The notes below the pieces were generated by a model. The model was not told the DNA's origin, did no database searches, and worked only from the letters and a program-made list of their open reading frames with translations. From the IMG/VR virus record IMGVR_UViG_2861084961_000001: a stretch of 64,000 bases of DNA. One strand, 5' to 3'. The first letter of the stretch is position 1, and each line of letters opens with the position of its first letter. The position numbers and the translations under genes were made by a program. Below are positions 21,824 through 33,635 of the stretch, in pieces. The stretch is from a virus. Taxonomy: Duplodnaviria; Heunggongvirae; Uroviricota; Caudoviricetes.

Positions 21824-23733
21824 AGTTTTTAAAACTCCAGGTTGAGAATTTTATGGCTATCGCCAGCGCGGAGGTCGAGTTAGATCAGCGTGGTTTAGTG
21901 CTAATTCAGGGCATTAATAGTGATGATAGTTCCGCATCAAGTAATGGCTCTGGAAAGTCAACTCTAATGAATAGCCTGATGTGGTGTCTTTATGGCGAAA
22001 CAGCTCATGGTGTGAAGGGTGACGATGTGTTGTCTACCGACCATGAAAAGAACTGTCGTGTTGCAGTAACCATCGAGGATGAAGGCAAGAGATATGCGAT
22101 CATTCGTCACCGTAACACAAAGAGTTCAAAAATCGTCTTATCGTTCGTGGTGAAGATGGCGATATGACGAAAGGCAAAGATGCGCTGACGCAGGAGTTCG
22201 TCGAGCGTCTGATCGGTGCATCTAAAGAGGTTTTCATGGCTTCCATCTATGCGAGCCAAGAAGCTATGCCAGATCTACCTGGAATGTCCGACAAAAACCT
22301 CAAAACCATCGTAGAAGAAGCCGCTGGCGTTGACAGACTGACACGCGCCTACGCTATTGCTCGTGAACGAGCTAACGCAGCTGCCGCACGCATGGACGTG
22401 GTTAAAACCAAATTGGAGTCGACAATCTCGACCATTGAGGCAACACAGTCAGAAATTGAGTCCGCGAAAGCCTCCTCTGAATCATGGGAACAAGAGCGTT
22501 CTAAACGTTATGACGATGCCCTAGCTGGGCTGGCAAGTGCCGAAGTTGAGTTAACGGAAGTTGAACTTGAGATCCGCACTCTTCCCGAACAGATCCGTGA
22601 TACCGAGAAGGCAATCGAAAGTGAGCGCAAAAAGTTAGCCTCAAAAGAAGAACATGATGCCAAGTTGCTCAAAGTGCGTGGTGCGATAACTGATATTCGG
22701 GCAAGCATCAAAGCTACAGAAATAGTCAGGCTGATGCAATGAGCCGCGCGCGCAATTTTAAGACCAAAGCAGAAGAGGTTGGTACTAAAGTAGGATCACC
22801 ATGCCCTACTTGTGGCAAAGCCTACTGCGAAGAAGATCTATCAACGGTGAAGGAGAATTTCATTGAACAAGCACGTCAGGAAATTGGTCAGGCGAAGACA
22901 CTTGCAGAGGCAATGGCTAAACACAAAACGAATCTTGAGAAGGCGTTAAGCATTGAGTCTGCCCTTGTTAAAACGACACCTGATGTAACGGCTATCATTG
23001 CCCGGATTGAAGAGCTTACTAAACAACTTTCATCTTTGCGTCATCGTGAGAAGGAGGTTGTTGCTATTGAGTCTCTTGTGACTCGTGCTCGTACTGAGGT
23101 CGATCGTATATCAAAAGAGATTAATCCGTTTATTGCTCTTATCGCCAGACACGAAGATAACCTGGTATCCAGTAAGTCTACCTTCAAGTCCTTAAAAGAT
23201 GAGTTGAAGGCTATTCAGGAACAAACGTTGCTATTGGAAAAAGCTCGTCAGGTCTACTCTCCTGCCGGGGTGCGTTCTCATATTTTGACGTCTGTTACGC
23301 CTTTCCTGAATACACGCACTGCCGAGTATCTCAATACGTTGTCTGACGGGAATATTACTGCTGAGTGGTCGACGATGGATGTCACTAAAAAGGTGAGTAT
23401 CGCGACAAATTCAACATTAGTGTGCAGAAGAAAGGTTCAAGTAAGTCGTTCCAAACCCTCTCTGGTGGTGAGAAGCGGAAGGTTCGCATTGCGTGTTCTT
23501 TGGCATTGCAGGATCTGGTTAGTAACCGGGCGAGTAAAAACATCGATTTGTTTATCGGCGACGAAATTGACGATGCACTCGATACAGCCGGTCTTGAACG
23601 CCTCATGGGTATTCTGGAGTCCAAAGCTCGCGAGCGAGGTACTGTGCTGATTATCTCCCATAAAGAGATGAAGTCATGGTTCCGGGAAACTATTACGCTG
23701 GAAGTTAAAGAGGGGCGCAGCTATGTCGTTTAA
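21820..23733 (+). CDS. SbcC/Rad50-like ATPase, split in four ORF pieces
   Basis: N-terminal FLKLQVENFMAI...GINSDDSSASSNGSGKSTLMNSLMWCLYGE, coiled-coil middle, C-terminal FQTLSGGEKRKVRIACSLAL...LFIGDEIDDALD; ORFs 21820..22167, 22164..22742, 22739..23650, 23422..23733. Confidence 0.65.
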
Positions 23734-24465
23734 ATTAAGCCGCACGCAGTTTTTGCAGGTATTTGCAGTGATGCAGTCGATAAAACTGATCAATGGGCAT
23801 ACTTCCAATGGTGCGGCTCCACGTATTCTGTGGGGCAGCAACAATATTGACGGAGTACAATTCGCCGCGTTGCTTGGTCTAATATCCGAGACACCATTGA
23901 TGCAAAGTTTGAAATCACTACCACCTGGATGTATTGCGCCGATCCTGATTAATCCTTTTGTTGAGGGGGATATCTTCCCAACGTCGGGCCTGGGTTTATT
24001 GCATCCCATGAAACTGAAGATCTTAACATTAATAGCGAAGGGTTCTTTGGGGGAATGGGTGCGCATCACTGTATGGCTTTCACGAACCTTATTCGACTTG
24101 CCAATAAGCGGGTGGATAGTTTGGCATCTCCAGGTGATGCTTTTACTGATTTCCTTATCCAAAGGAGGGATAAAAAGTACAGTGCGGACAAACTACAGTT
24201 TATTGGTAAGTATGGAGAAATGGTAGAAATCGAACTTCAGCTCCCTCATGTTTTAGCAAACGATAGTGCAGACAGTCGGAGGCTGTTGGGCATCATGCGT
24301 CATTTCATAGCAAGTGGCGTTAAACATGCCGTAGATAAACGTGTCACGCAGGAAAATGAGTATTCAGACTTTGCAAACTATCCCCAACCAACGTTGCAAA
24401 CGGCAATAATAGCCAATTCGTTGGAGGCGAGATTATTGGAAAACCCTATATGGGGAACATGGTAA
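23723..24465 (+). CDS. hypothetical protein (ORFs 23723..24226 and 24055..24465, likely one gene)
   Basis: ORF track; overlapping frames. Confidence 0.3.
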
Positions 24466-24511
24466 GGAGACTATATGAGTAAAAAATCAGCGTAGTTGGT
24501 GTTGATCCTCA

Positions 24512-25041
24512 ATGAGTAACTTTGGGCTTGCTGTGGGCACTTTAGACCTTGAAACGGACGAACTTGAGATTCACGGCCTTACTCTTGTTGAGACTAAAGC
24601 GGGGAGTAACAAAAAGACAGTTCGTGTGAACAGCGACGATCTGCGCCGTGCCAGTGAAATATGGCGTGTTGCGAAGCCAATCATTGATAAGGCAAATATG
24701 GTTTTTTGTGAGCTACCGGTTGGGAGCCAAACTCTCGTTCGCAGACGTCTTACGGAATTTGTATCGGTGTACTTGCGTGTGTGGATAAGCCATTGATCCA
24801 GGTTACTCCAAACGAAATTAAGCATTTTGTCGGCAATAAACTTACTACATCGAAAGAAGAGATTATCCAGTGGGCTACGAAAAAACACCCTAAAGCACCG
24901 TGGCTGCGTCGTAAGCAATCTGGACAGGATGTTCTCGTGAACAAAAACGAACATTTGGCTGATGCGGTGGCTGCCATCCATACCGGTATGCAAACGGATC
25001 AGTTCCGCCAGGTGCGCGATGTTCTTAAGTCTCTCATTTGA
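24512..25041 (+). CDS. RuvC-like Holliday junction resolvase (frameshift near 24785)
   Basis: N-terminal LAVGTLDLETDE and C-terminal NEHLADAVAAIHTG resemble RuvC blocks; ORFs 24512..24796 and 24781..25041. Confidence 0.4.
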
Positions 25042-25049
25042 TTTCATTG

Positions 25050-25069
25050 ATAGGTAAGTGCTTATCTAT
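25050..25069. promoter_or_regulatory. motif A palindrome (ATAGGTAAG-TG-CTTATCTAT)
   Basis: Intergenic, upstream of nrdA. Confidence 0.4.
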
Positions 25070-25114
25070 TAACATGGGCCACTATATTTAGTGGCCCTCT
25101 TTATTTGGTGATAC

Positions 25115-27430
25115 ATGATAAGCATCGTAAAACGTAACGGCCAAACAGAGCCGTTATCCGAAGAAAAATACAACCGCGTCGTAATGTATGGCGTAGAAGG
25201 CATTCGTGGTGTAAGCGCATCCGCTGTAGCAATGGGAGCTGCGGCCAGCATTTTTGATGGGATTACCACCAGCCAGTTGCATGAGGCTTTGGTTAAATCT
25301 GCCGCTGATTTGATCTCACCAGATGCACCAAATTACTCACAGGTGGCTGCCCGCCTGAACATTTTTAAAATCCGCAAAGATGCCTTCGGTCGTTACGACT
25401 ATCCGAACTTCTACCAACACATTGTCAAGAACGTTAACAAGGGCGTTTATGACAAGGATTTGCTGACACATTATTCGTTTGAAGAGATCGAAGAACTCGG
25501 CAATTACATTAAGCCTAAACGTGACGATCTTTTTGGCTATGCAGCTACGGTGCAATTGCAAAGCAAATACCTCGTTCAAAACCGTGTTACTGGTGAGATT
25601 CATGAGGGGCCGCAACATATCTATATGCTGGTAGGCATGTGTCTGTTCCAGAATTGGGAAGACGACTGCGCTGGCAAAACACGTATGGAGATGGTCAAAG
25701 GTTTCTATGACGTTACAAGTACGTTCAAACTGTCTCTGCCCACACCAATCATGGCCGGCGTCCGTACTCCAACCCGTCAGTTCTCCAGTTGTGTGCTGAT
25801 TGAGTCTGGCGATAGTCTGAAAGGGATTAGCGCAGCTTCAGCCGCAATTATCGACTACGTTTCACGTCGTGCTGGAATTGGTATTGGTTTTGGCCGTATC
25901 CGTGCGCTGGGCAGTGAGATCCGCAATGGTGAAGCCACCCATACCGGAGTTATTCCATTCCTGAAGCATTTCCAGACGGCTGTTAAATCTTGCTCGCAAG
26001 GTGGTGTCCGTGGTGGCGCAGCAACAGCGTTTTACCCGATTTGGCATCTTGAAGTTGAAAGTCTGCTGGTGGTGAAAAATAACCGTGGTATCGATGAAAA
26101 CCGCGTTCGCCATCTTGATTACGGTGTCATGAGTAACCGTCTGATGTACCGTCGACTCGTCAGAAGCGAGAACATCACTCTGTTCAGCCCGCATGATGTG
26201 CCTGATATGTACGAAGCCTTCTTCACAGACCAGGATCTGTTTGAAAAGCTGTACCATAAATACGAAGCCGATGATTCAATTCGCAAGAAGTCAGTGCCTG
26301 CCATTGAGCTGTTCTCATCTCTGATGCAGGAACGAGCGTCCACGGGCCGAATTTATATTGCGAACGTCGATCATATTAACGAGCATGGCGCTTTCATTCC
26401 TGCTCTTGCACCTGTCCGCCAGTCAAACCTGTGTATGGAGATCACCCTACCCACCCGTCCACTGACATTTACCGACGACCCGAACGGTGAGATCGCGCTT
26501 TGCACTTTATCCGCTTTTAACCTCGGAGCCATCCGTTCACTGGAGTCTCTTAAAGAGGTGGCGTTCTATGCCGTCGCTGCACTGGATTCGTTACTGGATT
26601 ATCAAGACTATCCGATGGAGGCAGCCGAAGTGCCTGCCAAAGCTCGTCGTAGCCTGGGAATCGGTGTAACCAACTTTGCTTATTACCTGGCAAAGAATGG
26701 CGTTCGTTATTCTGATACCGCTGGCAATAAACTGGTGCATGAAACGTTCGAAGCTATCCAGTATTACCTTCTCGATGCCAGCTGCCAACTTGCTGAAGCT
26801 AAAGGTGAGTGTGACTGGTTTGAGCAGACCAAATACGCAATTGGTCAGTTGCCGATCGACCATTACCGTTCTTCATTAGACGAAAGTGGTGAAACCAACT
26901 TTGAGTTAAAGATGCCGTGGGAAGAACTGCGTGAACGTATTGCAAAATTCGGTCTTCGCAACTCCACACTGACGGCACAAATGCCATGCGAGACTTCCAG
27001 CCAGATCACTAATTCCACCAACGGCATCGAACCGCCTCGTGGACCGGTGTCGGTGAAATCTTCTAAGGACGGCATCGTTAAGATGGTCGTGCCTGAGTTT
27101 GAAAAACTGAAGGAACAGTATGAATACCTGTGGGATATGCCGGACAACCGCGGCTATCTGACAAAGGTGGCGATCATCCAGAAGTTCTTTGACCAGGCTA
27201 TTTCAGCCAATACCAACTATGACCCTTCTCGCTTTGAAGGCGATAAAGTCCCAATGATGACGCTACTGTCAGATTTGCTTCTCGCCTACAAGATGGGAGT
27301 TAAAACGCTTTACTACCACAACACCAGAGATGGGGCAGGAAAGCGTGATGACGACGAACCGCAGAATCCACTGACGCAAGCTGTAGCCGTCGAGCCAGAA
27401 GATGAGTGCGACGGAGCCTGCAAAATCTGA
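25115..27430 (+). CDS. nrdA: ribonucleoside-diphosphate reductase alpha subunit (class Ia)
   Basis: 771 aa intact ORF; N-terminal ATP-cone-like region, active-site region NLCMEITLP, C-terminal CxxC tail. Confidence 0.9.
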   Translation: MISIVKRNGQTEPLSEEKYNRVVMYGVEGIRGVSASAVAMGAAASIFDGITTSQLHEALVKSAADLISPDAPNYSQVAARLNIFKIRKDAFGRYDYPNFYQHIVKNVNKGVYDKDLLTHYSFEEIEELGNYIKPKRDDLFGYAATVQLQSKYLVQNRVTGEIHEGPQHIYMLVGMCLFQNWEDDCAGKTRMEMVKGFYDVTSTFKLSLPTPIMAGVRTPTRQFSSCVLIESGDSLKGISAASAAIIDYVSRRAGIGIGFGRIRALGSEIRNGEATHTGVIPFLKHFQTAVKSCSQGGVRGGAATAFYPIWHLEVESLLVVKNNRGIDENRVRHLDYGVMSNRLMYRRLVRSENITLFSPHDVPDMYEAFFTDQDLFEKLYHKYEADDSIRKKSVPAIELFSSLMQERASTGRIYIANVDHINEHGAFIPALAPVRQSNLCMEITLPTRPLTFTDDPNGEIALCTLSAFNLGAIRSLESLKEVAFYAVAALDSLLDYQDYPMEAAEVPAKARRSLGIGVTNFAYYLAKNGVRYSDTAGNKLVHETFEAIQYYLLDASCQLAEAKGECDWFEQTKYAIGQLPIDHYRSSLDESGETNFELKMPWEELRERIAKFGLRNSTLTAQMPCETSSQITNSTNGIEPPRGPVSVKSSKDGIVKMVVPEFEKLKEQYEYLWDMPDNRGYLTKVAIIQKFFDQAISANTNYDPSRFEGDKVPMMTLLSDLLLAYKMGVKTLYYHNTRDGAGKRDDDEPQNPLTQAVAVEPEDECDGACKI

Positions 27431-27474
27431 CATATGGTGGGGGGTATCCCACCTTCTCTTTGATTTGTAAGCCT

Positions 27475-27508
27475 TGTTTAAACAAATAAGATAACAACTT
27501 GTTTAAAC
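27475..27508. promoter_or_regulatory. motif B palindromes (TTGTTTAAACAA and AACAA-C-TTGTT)
   Basis: Upstream of nrdB. Confidence 0.4.
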
Positions 27509-27534
27509 ACATCAAAAAGCAAAAGGAAAAACAC

Positions 27535-28677
27535 ATGTCATATTCAACGTTCCGTTTGGGTGCTAATGATGCAACCAAAGAGCCTATGTTCCTCGGACAA
27601 TCTGTCAACGTGGCACGTTACGATCAGCAAAAATACCGTGATTTTGAAAAGTTGATTGAACGTCAATTGTCTTTCTTCTGGCGGCCGGAAGAAGTTGATA
27701 TTTCGAGCGATCGTATCGACTTCAACACGAAGCTGCGGGACCACGAACGTCACATTTTTCTGAGCAATCTCCGTTATCAAACGTTACTCGATTCAGTTCA
27801 GGGACGTAGCCCAAATGCAACGTTGCTGCCGCTTATCTCTATTCCTGAACTGGAAACGTGGGTTGAAACATGGTCTTTCTCTGAGACTATCCATAGCCGC
27901 AGCTACACCCACATTATTCGTGGCATGGTGGACGATCCGAGCATTGTTTTTGACGGTATTGTTACGGATGAAGAAATCATCAACCGAGCGATCAGTATCT
28001 CTGCTGAATATGACAGGCTTTATGGGATGACCTGCGAGCGCCAGTCGTTAGGTGAGAAGGAGTTTGAACGTCTGTACGTAAATGAATATGGCTGGGAGCC
28101 ATACCCTTTGCACCGTCAGCTTTTCCGCACGTTGGTGTCCATTAATGCGCTTGAGGCGATCCGTTTCTATGTAAGTTTTGCATGTACGTTTGCCTTTGGC
28201 GAACGGAAGTTGCTTGAGGGTAACACCAAAATTATGCGCTTTATTGCCCGTGATGAAGCTCTGCATTGCGAAGGAACTGAACGCATGATCCGCTTCATGC
28301 GTACCGGTCGCGAAGGTTTATTGTGGAAAGAGATTGCTGCTGATGAAGAAAATGTCATTTACGACACCATGAAATCAGTCGCCGAACAAGAAATGAACTG
28401 GGCAGACTATCTCTTCAAAGACGGTTCGATGATTGGTTTAAACGCGGATATTCTGAAGACCTATGTAAAATACCGCACCAATCTGGCTATGAATCGTCTT
28501 GGCCTGAAGGCTTTATTTCCAGAGGTTACCACCGATCCGCTGATCTGGATGAACAAGTGGTTGTTAACCGACACACTGCAAATTGCACCACAAGAGGCAG
28601 AGCAAAGCACATATCTGGTAGGTCAGATCGATTCTACCGTGGATAAGGCTTCTCTAAGCCAGTTTGCTGACCTGTAA
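27535..28677 (+). CDS. nrdB: ribonucleoside-diphosphate reductase beta subunit
   Basis: 380 aa; di-iron/tyrosyl-radical R2 pattern; start at ATG 27535 behind AAAAGGAAAAACACATG (track ORF starts at upstream TTG 27499). Confidence 0.85.
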   Translation: MSYSTFRLGANDATKEPMFLGQSVNVARYDQQKYRDFEKLIERQLSFFWRPEEVDISSDRIDFNTKLRDHERHIFLSNLRYQTLLDSVQGRSPNATLLPLISIPELETWVETWSFSETIHSRSYTHIIRGMVDDPSIVFDGIVTDEEIINRAISISAEYDRLYGMTCERQSLGEKEFERLYVNEYGWEPYPLHRQLFRTLVSINALEAIRFYVSFACTFAFGERKLLEGNTKIMRFIARDEALHCEGTERMIRFMRTGREGLLWKEIAADEENVIYDTMKSVAEQEMNWADYLFKDGSMIGLNADILKTYVKYRTNLAMNRLGLKALFPEVTTDPLIWMNKWLLTDTLQIAPQEAEQSTYLVGQIDSTVDKASLSQFADL

Positions 28678-28754
28678 ACCGATACAAAGCATTATGTGGC
28701 CTGGCAACGCTGGGCCACAATGGATCACAAGAATTAAGAAGGAACAAAACTAGC

Positions 28755-29624
28755 ATGAACTTTACCAAACTGACTGACCACCTGAAACTTGCCACCGATC
28801 GACTCATTGGATTTAAACCAGAACCATATGAGTTGCATGAAGGTCATGGTGTAGCTACTGAAAGTATTTACAAGATGGTCGATCAGTTTCATGAACTCTT
28901 CCAGCATCCGAGACGCGTTATGCCGACACCAGAGCTGCTTCGTCTCCGTGCAAGCCTGATTCATGAAGAAGCTGTAGTGGAAGGTATTCCAGCCGCAATG
29001 AATGGGGATATTGAGCAACTGCTGGATGCAATGGCCGACTTTTTATACGTTGGTGTTGGTACGATGGTCGCCATCAAAGGTGGTATTTCTACCGGCATGA
29101 CCTATTACACGCAGGAACAGAGCATTGATCGCTTTATGCAGACAATTTTTGTGCCTGGTAACACTGTTTTCGATGATATGGCAATGCCATTTCAGGAAGC
29201 TCGTGAGGCGTCATGTATGCTCGAAGAGCTGGCAGATAAACTTGAGAACAAGACTGTTAAGGATTCTGAGCTGATTCAGGAACTGCGCCGTGTCATGAAC
29301 AAAATCTATGTGGCGTGCATGATGACCTATCGACTGGCTGATTTCCTCGGTATCAATGTCGTCGAGCTGGTTGGCGAAATTCATCGGTCCAACATGACAA
29401 AATTATGGCCTGCAGATGCCGAAGAGCGTCGCCATGCTGTGGCCAACTGCAAATACGACTCTTCTGACCTGGGATTTCGCCATGCTGATGGCACCGATAA
29501 GATGATCGGTTTTCGAATTTCCGATGGAAAAATTCTGAAGTCTCCAACCTATAGTGATGTCGATTTATCCTCCTTTGTTGAGCAAGCTAAAGCCTCAGCA
29601 ATGTACGGAATGATCAAAAAATAA
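28755..29624 (+). CDS. putative MazG-like nucleoside triphosphate pyrophosphohydrolase (two-lobed)
   Basis: Weak: two helical blocks with acidic clusters (LIHEEAVVEGIPAAMNGDIEQLLDAMADFLYV and LVGEIHRSNMTKL); position in nucleotide-metabolism cluster. Confidence 0.3.
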   Translation: MNFTKLTDHLKLATDRLIGFKPEPYELHEGHGVATESIYKMVDQFHELFQHPRRVMPTPELLRLRASLIHEEAVVEGIPAAMNGDIEQLLDAMADFLYVGVGTMVAIKGGISTGMTYYTQEQSIDRFMQTIFVPGNTVFDDMAMPFQEAREASCMLEELADKLENKTVKDSELIQELRRVMNKIYVACMMTYRLADFLGINVVELVGEIHRSNMTKLWPADAEERRHAVANCKYDSSDLGFRHADGTDKMIGFRISDGKILKSPTYSDVDLSSFVEQAKASAMYGMIKK

Positions 29625-29764
29625 TTGTAGGTAGTTATCTATCTATGTATATTGTGTCGGCGCGTTAAATTTCTGAAACAACTATCCGTTTTTGGTGGCC
29701 TATGGCCACCATTTTTTTATCTATCTGGTCTTGTTCTCTCAATAAATGTAAACTCACACGATGA

Positions 29765-29780
29765 ATAAGTAATTACTTAT
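29765..29780. promoter_or_regulatory. motif A palindrome (ATAAGTAATTACTTAT, perfect 16-mer)
   Basis: Intergenic, upstream of thyA. Confidence 0.45.
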
Positions 29781-29850
29781 CTCTGTGAGGTTTTTGTGTC
29801 ACTCCTTTTGAATCGTGAGCATACGAACGGTCAGGTAACAAACGCATCGT

Positions 29851-30898
29851 ATGCAAAAGTTATTGAGACGGTGCTTAAAGCGGCGTGCAGGCTGATGATC
29901 GCACAGGCACTGGTACTTTAAGCACCTGCTACGTTCCCTCTTACTACATGCTTACTGGTGGGACTGTGCCGCTTATTTCTGGAAAGGCGGTAAATCTTAA
30001 GCCACTACTTGTCGAACTTGAGTGGTATCTGAAAGGCACGGGTAACATCCAATTTCTCAAGGATAACGGCGTGAAGATTTGGGACGCATGGGCCGATGAG
30101 AATGGTGATTTGGGGCCGGTTTACGGCAAGCAGTGGCGTCGCTGGGAAGATACCCGCATCGTGAGCCATAGTGAGTATCTGAGCAAGATCGATACGTTCC
30201 GTGAACGCGGGTACAAAGTCGAGGGATACCTGGGTATCAGTGAAGATCGCGTAGTGCTGTCCCGTGAAATCGATCAGCTACAGCGTATTGTCGATACACT
30301 GCGCACGAACCCTACCGATCGTCGCATCATGCTTAACGCATGGAACGTAGGCGAGCTTGAGGATATGAAACTGCCACCTTGCCACTTTGTCTTCTCTTTG
30401 TGGAGTCGTGAGCTTGATTTTGAAACCCGTTTAACGATGGCAACTGACATTGGTCTTCAACACAGTCGCCTCGGTTACGAGTCTATCTATACCAAGATGC
30501 TATACGATCTGGAGATGGTCGGCAGTGTTACTGAAACTGAACTGGATGAACTTGGAATCCCCAAACGCATCCTCAACTCCTGCCTCGTACAGCGTAGCGT
30601 AGACACTTTTGTTGGTATGCCATTCAATATTGCTGGTTATGGCATTCTCACTCATTTTCTCGCGAAGATTACGGGTCACATGGCCGGTGCCTTTGTGCAT
30701 TTTGGCTTTGACGTGCATTTGTACAACAACCACATGGAAGGTGTGTGTGAGCTAATGAAACGACAGGCTCCAGAGCATTCAGATCCGGTCGTTATTTTCC
30801 CTCATGAATGGTCAGAGTTGGATGATTTCAAATGGGACGAGGTTCTAATTCTTGGCTATGCCCCTCTACCGTGGATCAAGGTTCCAGTGGCGGTGTGA
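29851..30898 (+). CDS. thyA: thymidylate synthase (frameshift in first about 12 codons)
   Basis: DRTGTGTLS, DENGDLGPVYGKQWRRW, PPCHFVFSLW, QRSVDTFVGMPFNIAGYGILTH; ATG 29851 reads 14 codons then stops, GTG-started ORF 29885..30898 carries the rest. Confidence 0.85.
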
Positions 30899-30899
30899 T

Positions 30900-31313
30900 A
30901 TGGCAAGAGGTATGTATGTCTTATGCGAAATTGAAGGTGTGCTGGCAAATACCAGCCATCGTAAATCTGTATCTGACGCGGATGCAGGCCAGCTCATTGC
31001 CGGTGATGAACTCATTTTCCCCACCAGCCGTATGTTGCGTGGTTTTGCTCGCTCAGGGGCTGAAGTGGTGCTTATCAGTAGCCGCTCTGAAACTCTTGAA
31101 GCGCCCACTAAACGATGGCTGAAAGATTTTGGTGTTGATTACGACTGGCTTCATCTCGTACCGAATGGCATCAGTTATGAGAAGCATATTAAGCGCACAT
31201 TAGCGGAGCATAAAGGCGATCTGCTTATCGCTGCGCTGGTGCACGATCCTCGACTCCGTGCCGCTTTAGCTGACTCTCATCATAGACCGGTCATCTATGA
31301 GGTGGGCAAATGA
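30900..31313 (+). CDS. hypothetical protein, possibly HAD-like hydrolase fold
   Basis: ORF track 30852..31313; internal ATG 30900 directly after thyA stop; weak HAD-like blocks. Confidence 0.3.
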   Translation: MARGMYVLCEIEGVLANTSHRKSVSDADAGQLIAGDELIFPTSRMLRGFARSGAEVVLISSRSETLEAPTKRWLKDFGVDYDWLHLVPNGISYEKHIKRTLAEHKGDLLIAALVHDPRLRAALADSHHRPVIYEVGK

Positions 31314-31785
31314 AGATGATAGCTGCTGTTGGCCGTAACTATGAGATCGGCATAGCGAACGAACTGCCCTGGCGTTGTTCTACCGATCTGAAGCTATTTA
31401 AGAGACTCACCAAAAACGCCACTGTCGTTATGGGCGTAAAACGATGGAAAGTCTCAAACGTCCTCTTCCAGAGCGTCATAACCTCGTTTTGACGCGCTCT
31501 CATGGCTTTGTACCAAATGGATTCTACCCTGCTGGTGTGGATGATGTGTTGCGATTACCAGAGCCTGTGTGGGTGATTGGCGGGGAACAAATTTACTCGC
31601 TATTCATGCCGCATGTTGAAGAGATTTGGCTCTCCCACATCGGCGTTGATGTACCAAACGCTGATGCATTCTTCCCGGCAAGCATGATGCGTAACTTAGG
31701 CTTTGTGCCTGTTGAAACAGCTTATACCCAACGAGCCAGCGAGGAAGAGCCTGGCTTTTCGCAGATCGTATACAGAAGGTCGTAA
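31310..31785 (+). CDS. folA: dihydrofolate reductase (frameshift near 31440)
   Basis: MIAAVGRNYEIGIANELPWR, VVMG, LPERHNLVLTRS, WVIGGEQIY across ORFs 31310..31492 and 31444..31785. Confidence 0.75.
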
Positions 31786-32428
31786 TGGATTACCGGATTG
31801 GGATCACTGGTGCTCAGGGCAGTGGGAAAACAACCCTGGCTAAATATATCGACAAACATTACGGAATCCCTTACGTGGATGCTGGTGTCGGAAGTTTGAT
31901 GAGCCGCCTCGGTGTTCGAGTAGGTGAGTCTATGCCTCTATATGAGCGGCTTCAGATTCAAATGGAAATAGCAAAGCATATAGAGCTACTTACGCGTGGT
32001 GTTGAAGGCTTTGTTATCGATCGCACACCTGCTGATGTTATGGCCTACACGTTGGATTTGGTCGGTCATACCAATGAAGATCGGTGTATTGAGTTAGCCC
32101 TCGATATCGAAAAGTTTTGCCACAAAACTGCTATTTCAAACTTTAACGCCATTGCTGGCCTACGCCCGGAGTCGCTCTCACAGAGCGAGATTACTTGCGA
32201 TCACAACGAGCATCATTAGACCGTCTGTATGTTGCTCGTATTGATGCGTTGATGTGCGGGGAACTGACAAAAATTCACCTGCATCCGCAAAGGGGAGATC
32301 TGCAAACCTTCGTCGTTTCCAACCGATATCGCACGGTTGAAGCAAGAGCCAGATCAGTGATGAGAATGCTAGATAACGCTGTAGAAAAGATAGAAAACCG
32401 GTTCTGTGGCCGAGTGACCGTTCATTAG
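31785..32428 (+). CDS. P-loop nucleotide kinase (dNMP kinase-like), frameshift near 32200
   Basis: Walker A GITGAQGSGKTTLAKYI; ORFs 31785..32219 and 32195..32428. Confidence 0.45.
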
Positions 32429-32489
32429 AAATTGTTCGCCTCTTCTACATTGCGACAATAAAACTCTCAAAATGGGTTAAGGATAAAAA

Positions 32490-32909
32490 ATGTTTAGTGA
32501 AATGTTGCTTGAAGATGAACTGGATCGGAAAACAACAGAGGCTTTGATTCGTGTAGCGGACGAACATTCCCGGTCGCTTATGACCGATCGAGAGGCTCGT
32601 CTGGCTATTCGAGCCATATTCGAAACTGCGCAGGGGCTTGTTGGCGCACAAGTAGGTGAAGCCATTAACATCGCCATGTCTCAGTTCAGTGAAGGCAGTA
32701 AAAAGCCTCTGTTTCCTATGCATTTGATGCTGGCTGGTGGCACGGTGCTTTATATCTCTGTTTGTCTGGATAGCAACCAAATCAACATTCTCAACACAGC
32801 ATCAGGTAAGTGGAAAGATCCGATTGTCTGTGAAACCAGTGAAGAAACTTTGAAAAAAGCGGCTCAATTTGTACGTAGCGCACTACTTAAGGGCGCTAAG
32901 AAGTTGTAA
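32490..32909 (+). CDS. hypothetical protein (139 aa)
   Basis: ORF track. Confidence 0.4.
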   Translation: MFSEMLLEDELDRKTTEALIRVADEHSRSLMTDREARLAIRAIFETAQGLVGAQVGEAINIAMSQFSEGSKKPLFPMHLMLAGGTVLYISVCLDSNQINILNTASGKWKDPIVCETSEETLKKAAQFVRSALLKGAKKL

Positions 32910-32918
32910 GGAGTTCTG

Positions 32919-33475
32919 ATGACAACGATTGTTGCAGGCATCGATATCGAGTCTACGGGACTGGATTTCCTTGCTGGTCATAAAATTATTGAAATCGCAA
33001 TTACCCGCTATGAACTGGAGACACAGAGACATATTGATAGTCTGGAGATGCGTTTTAACCCTCGCAGAAACATAGATCCGAAAGCTCAAGCCGTTCATGG
33101 CATTTCATTGGAACAGCTCGCAGCTGAACCTTTGTTGTCAAATCATGCCAGCGAAATTGGCGCTTATATGGGGGCATGTAGTGCGTGGATTGCTCATAAC
33201 GGCGAAGCGTTTGATATACCATTTATTCGACACGAGTTTTCAGGGTATGGAGTAAGACTGCCAGACGTTCCTGTTATAGATACTATGTTATCGGGATTGT
33301 GGCCACAGAAGACGGTAAACGTCCCCGCCTTGAAGAGTTGGCCTTCTCTCTTGGCTTTATATACGATCATGCCAAAGCACATAGTGCCTTATATGACACA
33401 AACTTAATGATGCAATGCTTCTTTAAGGCACGTAATAAGTACGGATTTTTTAAATTACCCTCTGAAATTGTGTAA
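32919..33475 (+). CDS. DnaQ-like 3-prime to 5-prime exonuclease (DEDDh), frameshift near 33300
   Basis: Exo I GIDIESTGLD, Exo II HNGEAFDIPFI; Exo III HSALYD appears in the alternative frame after 33310. Confidence 0.65.
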
Positions 33476-33635
33476 AGCAAAAGCCTACTTTAAAGAGAGT
33501 TTAAAGTAGGCTTTCTTTTAAAGAACAGTCGCCTTTCAATCATTTCCTGCCTGTATTTAATACTTTTCCGCCTGATAGGTTTAGTCAAAATATAGCCATC
33601 GAAACGCAAATGTAACCAAACAGAAGGAGACTTAC

